From Candidatus Saccharimonadota bacterium (GTDB lineage: Bacteria; Patescibacteriota; Saccharimonadia; Saccharimonadales; Saccharimonadaceae), in the NCBI GenBank assembly GCA_025349965.1, contig CP075337.1:510001-542000 (forward strand): a stretch of DNA of 32,000 nt, written 5' to 3'. The position numbers and the translations under genes were made by a program. The notes below the pieces were generated by a model, which saw only the letters and a program-made list of their open reading frames with translations, made no database searches and was not told the DNA's origin. Below, piece by piece: positions 25,413 through 31,754 of the stretch. How positions within the stretch are numbered: the first letter of the stretch is position 1; each line of letters begins with the position of its first letter.

Positions 25413-25478
25413 GATATTAAAGAAGAAAATAGTAACTTAATTAATCCTCCTCGGGTGCGGCAGGAAGAAAGACGGAAA

Positions 25479-26531
25479 ATGACCGAAACAGCTGAAACAA
25501 CGCCAACAATTGACCTCGCCACAGGTGTAAATGATATTATTTCCCTTATTGACCAAGAGCGCGAGCGTGAAATTGTTACTCGTCGTTTCGGACTGTATGA
25601 GCGTCGCGAAACTCTCGAGCAAATTGGTGAGCTCCTTGGTATCACCCGTGAGCGTGTCCGTCAACTTGAGAAAGCCATTCTTGTACGCCTCAAGTCCGCA
25701 GCAGAGAAGGGCGAAACCGACACTGTTACACAACTTGAGAAGGTATTCATCCGCACCCTTAGTGAAATGGGCCGCGCTGCCCGCGTACAGGACCTCGCTG
25801 ACAAGCTTTATGGTCGCACCACTAATCTCCAAGAACGTGCCCACGTTGCCTTTATCGCAACTCTTGCGCCGAGCCTTACCGTGCTTGATGAGAATGACAG
25901 CTACTACCAATCCATTGCACACTCTGACTACGGTGACCAAAAGAAGCTTAAGAGCCGCGTTGATGAAATCGTTGCCACTATTAAGACCGGTAAAGTTCCG
26001 CAAACTGTTGACCAACTCTTTGACAAGCTTAGCTATGAGCATCCATCACAAGTTGCCGCCCTTGCAAGCATGAGCAAGCTTCTTGCGCACCTCAAAGACA
26101 CCTGGGGTCTTGCAAAGTGGCCAACCGTTAACCCAAAGAACATCCGCGACAAGATTTATGTTGTGCTCGCGGAAAACGGCAAGCCAATGCACTTTTCAGA
26201 CATTGCTGATGCTATCAAGGAAAGCTCATTCAAGCGCAAGGATGTCACCACACAGGCAATCCACAACGAACTTATTAAAGACAAGCGCTTCGTGCTTATT
26301 GGCCGTGGTATTTACGCCCTTGATACTTGGGGATACAGCAAGGGAACGGTCAGTGACATCATCGTTGATGTACTCAAGAAGGCAGGAGAGCCACTTCATC
26401 GCGATGAAATCGTTAAGCGCGTACTTGATAGCCGCCAGGTAAAAGAAACGACTATCCTCCTCAATCTACAGAGCAAGCCACTCTTCAAGCGTGTTGCAAA
26501 AGCGACATACGAACTCGCAGAAGCAGCCTAG
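25479..26531 (+). CDS. Sigma-70 region-4-like HTH protein with C-terminal HARE-HTH/winged-helix modules
   Basis: REIVTRRFGLYERRETLEQIGELLGITRERVRQLEKAILVRLK is sigma region 4. The two HARE-HTH-like modules are KIYVVLAENGKPMHFSDIADAI...FVLIGRGIYALDTWGY and IVDVLKKAGEPLHRDEIVKRVL...FKRVAKATYELAE. No sigma region 2 is recognisable. I chose the start at ATG 25479. Confidence 0.7.
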   Translation: MTETAETTPTIDLATGVNDIISLIDQEREREIVTRRFGLYERRETLEQIGELLGITRERVRQLEKAILVRLKSAAEKGETDTVTQLEKVFIRTLSEMGRAARVQDLADKLYGRTTNLQERAHVAFIATLAPSLTVLDENDSYYQSIAHSDYGDQKKLKSRVDEIVATIKTGKVPQTVDQLFDKLSYEHPSQVAALASMSKLLAHLKDTWGLAKWPTVNPKNIRDKIYVVLAENGKPMHFSDIADAIKESSFKRKDVTTQAIHNELIKDKRFVLIGRGIYALDTWGYSKGTVSDIIVDVLKKAGEPLHRDEIVKRVLDSRQVKETTILLNLQSKPLFKRVAKATYELAEAA

Positions 26532-26552
26532 CAGCCACTCAAACCGCTCAGC

Positions 26553-26581
26553 TTGCAAAATATCCATAAATTTGCTATAAT
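26553..26581 (+). promoter_or_regulatory. Near-consensus promoter (TTGCAA - 17 nt - TGcTATAAT)
   Basis: TTGCAA at 26553-26558 and TGCTATAAT at 26573-26581. An ATG (26588) follows 6 nt later. Confidence 0.65.
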
Positions 26582-26587
26582 ATAAAT

Positions 26588-26638
26588 ATGACAAACAGGG
26601 GAAATACCCCGTATAATACAAATAGACTATGGAAATAA
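26588..26638 (+). CDS. Possible leaderless 16-codon upstream ORF (MTNRGNTPYNTNRLWK) overlapping the ATPase start
   Basis: The ATG is the 7th nt after the -10 box. Its stop TAA (26636-26638) overlaps ATG 26629 of the ATPase within the sequence ATGGAAATAA. Confidence 0.3.
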   Translation: MTNRGNTPYNTNRLWK

Positions 26639-29316
26639 TCGGCGCCTTCTTCAATTTCTTCCTCCAGTGGTATATCTGGATACCTGTTGTTGCCGTGCTC
26701 TCATTCTTGACCTGGCGTAATTACAAGAAAGTAGCCGAGGATTGGACCGGTGAAGCCGACCTCCTTATTCTTGAAATTCCAAAAACGAATGACAAGCAGG
26801 AGCTTGCCGCCGAGCAAATGTTCGCCAGTCTTCATGGTATCCTCCGTGACGCTGACGAACTCCGCGCCAACAACGGGCGTCAAGAACACCTGAGTTTTGA
26901 GTTTGCTTCCGTAAAGGGGCAGATTCGTTTTTACGTGTGGGTGCCACGCGGGCTTCGTAATTTCGTAGAAAGCCAGATTTATTCCCAGTACCCGGCCGTG
27001 CAAATTCGCGAAGCCGACGAAGACTACGTTGCACACGAACGTGACCACAGTGTCATCTATTCATCTGAAATAACTCTCACCGAAACCGACATGCTTCCTA
27101 TTAAGACGTTCCAGAACTTCGAAGTAGACCCGCTTGCCGGCATCACCGGGACACTTGCAAAGCTCGAATCTACCGGTGATGAAATGTGGGTGCAGATTCT
27201 CGTGCGTCCAATTGCCGATGACTGGCACAAAACAAGCGAGAAGTGGATTGATGGCGTCAGGAACGGACGCAAAAGCATCACTTCAACAACTGCCAGCTGG
27301 CTTCCGCAGGTATTTGAAGCGCTTTGGCGCCCACCAGAGGAAGGGCAGAAGTCTACAGAAGTAAAAGAGCTTTCCGATCGCAACAAAACGCGTATCGCTG
27401 AAGCGGAGAAGAAGGCAACCAAGCTTGGCTATGAAGTAAAAATGCGCGTGGCGTACCTTGGTGAGAATCAGATTACCGCCAAACAGCAGATGCAGGCAAT
27501 TATTGGCACCTTCAAGCAGTACAACTCTACCAATCTCAACGGATTTAAGAGTGGCGCCGCGCACTTCGGAAAAGAACACCTTGAACCGTATCGTCGGCGC
27601 ATGTTTGGCGGCAAGGGTTTTATTCTTAATATTGAAGAGCTCGCGTCCGTCTTCCACCTTCCACACACTAACGTGGAGACGCCAAATATTGTCTGGGCGA
27701 GCAGTAAAACTGCCGAACCGCCAGCCAAGCTTCCCATCATTTCTGGTAACCCAGCAACGGACGAAAACATCAGCGCCTTTGGCCTGACAAACTTCCGTGG
27801 CATCAACCACCAATTTGGCATGCTTCGCTACGACCGCTCACGTCACGTCTATATCATTGGGCAAACCGGAGCAGGTAAGTCTGGCCTCCTAGAGCTTTTC
27901 GCGCTCAGTGATATTTTCCACGGGCAAGGCTACGCAATTATTGACCCGCACGGTGACTTTGCTATCAACAACATGCGCTTCATTCCCGGCAGCCGCATGG
28001 ATGATGTGATTTACTTCAACCCAGCAGATACGGCGTATCCAGTTGGATTTAACCCACTTGAAGTTACCAATCCGGACCAAAAGAATAACATTAGCTCTGA
28101 AGTGATTGGCGTGCTTAAGCGCATGTTTGGTGACTCATGGGGTCCTCGTCTGGAATATATTCTTCGCTATACCATTTTGGCCCTTCTGGACCGCCCAGAG
28201 ACCACCATGCTTGACATCACGCGCATGCTCACAGATAAGAAGTTCCGCAAAGAAACGCTTAGTTACTGTAAAGATACCGTGGTACTACAATTCTGGAATG
28301 TTGAGTTTGCCAGCTGGAATGATAAGTTCCAGGCAGAAGCAATTGCGCCAGTCCTTAACAAGGTGGGGGCATTTACTGCCAACCCAATCATTCGTAATAT
28401 TATTGGGCAACCAAAGTCTACCTTTAACATTCGCCAGATTATGGATGAAGGCAAGATTCTCATCGTGAATCTTTCAAAGGGTCTGATTGGCGAGGACAAC
28501 GCATCAATCCTTGGGTCATTCCTTGTCACCAAGATTCAGCTGGCTGCCATGAGCCGTTCCGACATTCCAAACATTGCCGATCGTCGACCGTTCTACCTTT
28601 ACGTGGACGAATTCCAGAACTTCGCGACGGATTCATTCGCAACCATTCTCTCTGAAGCGCGTAAATACGCCCTCAATCTCACCGTTGCTAACCAGTACAT
28701 TGGCCAGATGACAGACACCGTCCGCGACGCAGTCTTTGGTAACGTCGGTACGATGATTTCATTCCGTGTTTCTGCCGATGACGCGCCAATTCTCTCTAAG
28801 CAATTTGAGCCACAGTTTGAAGCAGGGGACCTCCTGCAAATGCACAACCGCCATTTCATTATTAACATGGTGATTAACGGTGAAAAAGCGCCCGCCTTTA
28901 GTGCGACAACGCTTACACTCCCACCAGAGCAGATTGATAACACCGGACGTATTGTTGAAAATACCCGCCGCCACTATAGCCGTACGCGCGCCGAGGTCGA
29001 ACAGGAAATTAGTACACTGATGCAGCCAGCCGGACAACAGCAGCAGGGCAACCAAAACACCAATAAGCAACCTACTGAACAGGTAGTGCCGCTCACACCA
29101 GCTCAGGCAAAGCTCTGGCCAATTGACGCGGGTGCAAAGGCCGTCGGAAGTATCGTTACGGCCCCGACAGCAGAGAAGAGCGCACCAAGCGAAGCATTTG
29201 GAAGTGGACCAGCGCCAGCACAACCACAAGAAGGTGATGCCCCGAAAAAGAAACGCCGTCGACGTCGTCGAAAGAGCTCTAACGGCAGTACACAGTCAAC
29301 GCCTCCAACACCATAA
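26629..29316 (+). CDS. Membrane-anchored type IV coupling-protein-like (TraD/VirD4/FtsK-HerA superfamily) ATPase
   Basis: N-terminal TM segment (WYIWIPVVAVLSFLTW) and a domain of about 380 aa of unknown function. Walker A YIIGQTGAGKSGLL; Walker B RPFYLYVDEFQNF; then ARKYALNLTVANQYIGQM, typical of the T4CP C-terminal region. Q-rich segment and a KKKRRRRRRK tail. Confidence 0.8.
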   Translation: MEIIGAFFNFFLQWYIWIPVVAVLSFLTWRNYKKVAEDWTGEADLLILEIPKTNDKQELAAEQMFASLHGILRDADELRANNGRQEHLSFEFASVKGQIRFYVWVPRGLRNFVESQIYSQYPAVQIREADEDYVAHERDHSVIYSSEITLTETDMLPIKTFQNFEVDPLAGITGTLAKLESTGDEMWVQILVRPIADDWHKTSEKWIDGVRNGRKSITSTTASWLPQVFEALWRPPEEGQKSTEVKELSDRNKTRIAEAEKKATKLGYEVKMRVAYLGENQITAKQQMQAIIGTFKQYNSTNLNGFKSGAAHFGKEHLEPYRRRMFGGKGFILNIEELASVFHLPHTNVETPNIVWASSKTAEPPAKLPIISGNPATDENISAFGLTNFRGINHQFGMLRYDRSRHVYIIGQTGAGKSGLLELFALSDIFHGQGYAIIDPHGDFAINNMRFIPGSRMDDVIYFNPADTAYPVGFNPLEVTNPDQKNNISSEVIGVLKRMFGDSWGPRLEYILRYTILALLDRPETTMLDITRMLTDKKFRKETLSYCKDTVVLQFWNVEFASWNDKFQAEAIAPVLNKVGAFTANPIIRNIIGQPKSTFNIRQIMDEGKILIVNLSKGLIGEDNASILGSFLVTKIQLAAMSRSDIPNIADRRPFYLYVDEFQNFATDSFATILSEARKYALNLTVANQYIGQMTDTVRDAVFGNVGTMISFRVSADDAPILSKQFEPQFEAGDLLQMHNRHFIINMVINGEKAPAFSATTLTLPPEQIDNTGRIVENTRRHYSRTRAEVEQEISTLMQPAGQQQQGNQNTNKQPTEQVVPLTPAQAKLWPIDAGAKAVGSIVTAPTAEKSAPSEAFGSGPAPAQPQEGDAPKKKRRRRRRKSSNGSTQSTPPTP

Positions 29317-29346
29317 CCCGCTTACGCTCGCCGAAGCGGGTATTTC
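29316..29346 (+). terminator. Probable terminator hairpin after the ATPase gene
   Basis: ACCCGCUU/AAGCGGGU 8-bp stem with a 10-nt loop. The U-tract is weak (AUUUC). Confidence 0.5.
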
Positions 29347-29347
29347 A

Positions 29348-29356
29348 TGCTACAAT
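29348..29356 (+). promoter_or_regulatory. Extended -10 box TGCTACAAT upstream of islet C
   Basis: Followed by a leader of about 30 nt carrying AAGGAG (29385-29390). Confidence 0.5.
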
Positions 29357-29395
29357 ACAACAACTCTTTGCCCATACCGATACAAAGGAGTATGT

Positions 29396-29704
29396 ATGTC
29401 AGAGGATGAGTCGGGGGAGCTCTCAGCAAGTACCAGCGAGCGCTTCCTGTTCATGATGACACCGGACATGGTGTATGATTCCGCGACGCTCTCACTGGAA
29501 GCTATCCATAAAGAGCAGGGCGAAATCAGGCAGCTCGCCGCAAAGCTCATGCTCGGCATGAGTGTCCGCTCGCCAAGCGAACCGGAATGGCAATGGGCAA
29601 ACAGCCACCTCGAGAAGCTTACCGAGCGGATCGAGGAGTTGGGAAGAGAGGAGGCTAATGCTGTCCGCTCGTTTATCGAGCTCGGAACGTATCGCGCCAC
29701 CTAA
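29396..29704 (+). CDS. Hypothetical small acidic, helical protein (GC-rich islet C)
   Basis: 102 aa starting at ATG 29396 (AAGGAG 5 nt upstream). The listed 193-aa ORF begins inside the ATPase gene and is rejected. The C-terminal half (HLEKLTERIEELGREEANAVRSFIELG) looks helical. Confidence 0.55.
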   Translation: MSEDESGELSASTSERFLFMMTPDMVYDSATLSLEAIHKEQGEIRQLAAKLMLGMSVRSPSEPEWQWANSHLEKLTERIEELGREEANAVRSFIELGTYRAT

Positions 29705-29714
29705 CCGTCCCACG

Positions 29715-29780
29715 CCCGCCAAGAAATCCCGCCGTAGAAGCATACCGCTCCGGCTCCGTTTCTTGGCGGGATTTTCTTTT
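29715..29780 (+). terminator. Intrinsic terminator with two alternative 5' arms
   Basis: CCCGCCAAGAAA (29715-29726) or AUCCCGCC (29726-29733) can each pair with UUUCUUGGCGGGAU (29759-29772). Followed by UUUUCUUUU. Confidence 0.75.
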
Positions 29781-29804
29781 ATCGCAAAGGTGCACCGCTT
29801 ATGC

Positions 29805-29833
29805 TTGCAACTTAGCCTCTTTAGTCGTACAGT
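29805..29833 (+). promoter_or_regulatory. Promoter TTGCAA - 17 nt - TACAGT, 7 nt upstream of ATG 29841 (leaderless configuration)
   Basis: Seen directly in the sequence. It lies downstream of the terminator, so the listed long ORF start (29562) is implausible. Confidence 0.55.
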
Positions 29834-29840
29834 AGGCGCT

Positions 29841-31091
29841 ATGTACGAGAACGAGCCGCCTCTAGAGTTTGCTACAGAATACTCACTAGATGAGATTGAC
29901 CGTGCTTGCGACACTATCGGCGAACGTATCGCCGAGACTGGCTCGCTATCAAACTACCTCTACAGCATCGAATGTGCGCAGGCTCGCGACAGGCTCGGCA
30001 GGGCAGAGCTGCTTCGCATGAAGCGTGTTAGCCATTTTATTGCGTCACCAGACGCTCCCACCGAGACGCAAGAAAGCGAAGCATTTTACAAGGGTGCACT
30101 GTTTGCGTCAGCGCTCCTACAAGAACTTCATCCAGAAAAGGAATTTACTGGCGGCACCCTTCTTCATAATTACCTCTGGAATGAACTAGACCAAGAAATT
30201 CAATCACGTGAATTATCCGGCCTTCCATTTAGTAAAAACTCCTTAGCAGTACGAAACCTTGCTGAAACACTCCAGTTCGACGGGCTTACATGGGCTGCGG
30301 AAGAAACCGAGTCTGTTGAAGATTATCGCCAATTTGCCTATACCTACTTTCCGGAACTTTATAAAGAGGATAGTGCGTACTACCACATGGCACTTGCCGG
30401 ATTTTGGACACCAATTCAAGAGCTCTACGAGCCTGCCGCACAACGAGAGTCGGAAGGTGTACTTGCGTACGTCAACGAACAAACGGCGCACGTAGAAGAA
30501 ACATTTGCGCACAACGCCCACGTAGAACCTGATTATATACCGACGAATTCCGAGCTAGCAGATATCATCGGGGATGTTTTTGAAAAGGAATCATACCACC
30601 CCTTAAAGAGAGAAACTGAACGTATCAATAAACAACTCCGAAAGCTTCGTGGAGAAACCGCCTCCATTGAATTTATGGACGACGAAGCGGCCAAGTACGC
30701 AATACGGCACCTACAGGAAGGCGAGCTGAATGCACTTAACCGTAACAATGAACTTATACAACCAGACGACCTCATTCATGTTACAGGATCGTACTTCTGC
30801 ATCGTCACAGAAGAGGATGACGTGCCAACAGAGGGAAGGATACCAAAGGGTACAACAGTGATGGGAATATTTGATTCCATCGCTGTTATCGAGGCACCAT
30901 CGATGCGAAAAATCACCAACGAAAACGCCGAAAGCTATCTCCCGGAAAAGATCCCGACGGCAGCGCTGATTCTACAAAATCCTACTTTCATGAGTAAAAA
31001 TGAGGCGGGCGAATCAATCATCAAGCGCACAGACAACACCACAATCGCCGTGCCGCTTGTACATAGCGCACATATATCGCGCGTCGAATAA
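29841..31091 (+). CDS. Hypothetical acidic protein, 416 aa
   Basis: Long uninterrupted frame starting at MYENEPPLEF. No motif that I recognise. Confidence 0.6.
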   Translation: MYENEPPLEFATEYSLDEIDRACDTIGERIAETGSLSNYLYSIECAQARDRLGRAELLRMKRVSHFIASPDAPTETQESEAFYKGALFASALLQELHPEKEFTGGTLLHNYLWNELDQEIQSRELSGLPFSKNSLAVRNLAETLQFDGLTWAAEETESVEDYRQFAYTYFPELYKEDSAYYHMALAGFWTPIQELYEPAAQRESEGVLAYVNEQTAHVEETFAHNAHVEPDYIPTNSELADIIGDVFEKESYHPLKRETERINKQLRKLRGETASIEFMDDEAAKYAIRHLQEGELNALNRNNELIQPDDLIHVTGSYFCIVTEEDDVPTEGRIPKGTTVMGIFDSIAVIEAPSMRKITNENAESYLPEKIPTAALILQNPTFMSKNEAGESIIKRTDNTTIAVPLVHSAHISRVE

Positions 31092-31133
31092 TTTCGATAC
31101 AGCAGAGCGTATTTCTTTACGACTTAATTTAAA

Positions 31134-31196
31134 AACCCTGTAGAGTTCCGCCTAGAGAACATCGCTGTTCGTCAATAGACGGAACCCCACAGGGTT
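31134..31196. terminator. Long hairpin between convergent genes (bidirectional terminator candidate)
   Basis: AACCCUGU/ACAGGGUU and GUUCCG/CGGAAC stems, with an inner GAACA-UCGC-UGUUC hairpin. The minus-strand side is followed by UUUUUAAAUU. Confidence 0.7.
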
Positions 31197-31200
31197 ATAT

Positions 31201-31647
31201 TTACACGTTCATCACTGCCAGTTCGGCGGCTTGCTGCTCGCAGTAGCTGCAGTTGCCAGCCGAAGAGAGGAGGATGAAGTGCTCGGGACACGACGGCCGG
31301 GGTACACTCGGAACGCTATAGCTCAGCGTTCCTGTTCCTGTCAGCGGCGGGCGGCCGAGGTGCGTCAGACCACTAGGCCACTGCAACTCCTCGATTCCCA
31401 TACCCAATGCATCCGCAATGAGATATGCCGTGTCGTACTTAATGCGCTTCTTTCCGCCCATCATAGCTCGGCGCACTACATTATGGTTCAGTCCGGTCTC
31501 CTGAACCAACCAGGGGACGTCAACCCCCAGCACTCCCATAGCGACAGCAATGGGGTATCGTTCGGTATCGTCTGTGCCTATCAAAGGCACCACCTCCTCA
31601 AGATGAAAATGTGCAAAATAAAATAAGTCAGCACTCTTTGCGCTCAC
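31201..31647 (-). CDS. XRE-like helix-turn-helix protein with a Cys-containing C-terminal region (GC-rich islet D)
   Basis: PWLVQETGLNHNVVRRAMMGGKKRIKYDTAYLIADALGMGIEEL fits an XRE/Cro-type HTH. The C-terminus has CPEH...CSYC. The listed start is GTG 31647; an alternative is TTG 31584, 8 nt after GGAGG. Confidence 0.55.
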   Translation of the reverse strand: MSAKSADLFYFAHFHLEEVVPLIGTDDTERYPIAVAMGVLGVDVPWLVQETGLNHNVVRRAMMGGKKRIKYDTAYLIADALGMGIEELQWPSGLTHLGRPPLTGTGTLSYSVPSVPRPSCPEHFILLSSAGNCSYCEQQAAELAVMNV

Positions 31648-31656
31648 TTAAATATC

Positions 31657-31665
31657 ATTATATCA
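31657..31665 (-). promoter_or_regulatory. Extended -10 box TGATATAAT (minus strand) for the HTH gene
   Basis: The reverse complement of ATTATATCA at 31657-31665. Divergent from the + strand box at 31714-31722. Confidence 0.45.
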
Positions 31666-31713
31666 TATTTATTGAAAAAAATCTAGTCCCTCCTTTGTAG
31701 ACCTATCCGCAGG

Positions 31714-31722
31714 TGCTACAAT
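31714..31722 (+). promoter_or_regulatory. Extended -10 box TGCTACAAT for the rightward gene
   Basis: Followed by AAGAGGG (31742-31748) and ATG 31755. Confidence 0.45.
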
Positions 31723-31754
31723 GGACATAACCACTACCAGTAAGAGGGCATGCG

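Noticed and set aside
25404-25478. TTG 25404 start for the sigma-like protein
   Set aside because: That codon lies within the TTGACA/TATAAT promoter itself, so it is very unlikely to be transcribed as part of the mRNA. ATG 25479 was used instead.
29123-29840. Long N-terminal extensions of the listed ORFs 29123-29704 and 29562-31091
   Set aside because: The first begins inside the ATPase gene and crosses its terminator. The second crosses the 29715-29780 terminator and overlaps the 102-aa gene. Internal starts with proper signals exist at 29396 and 29841.
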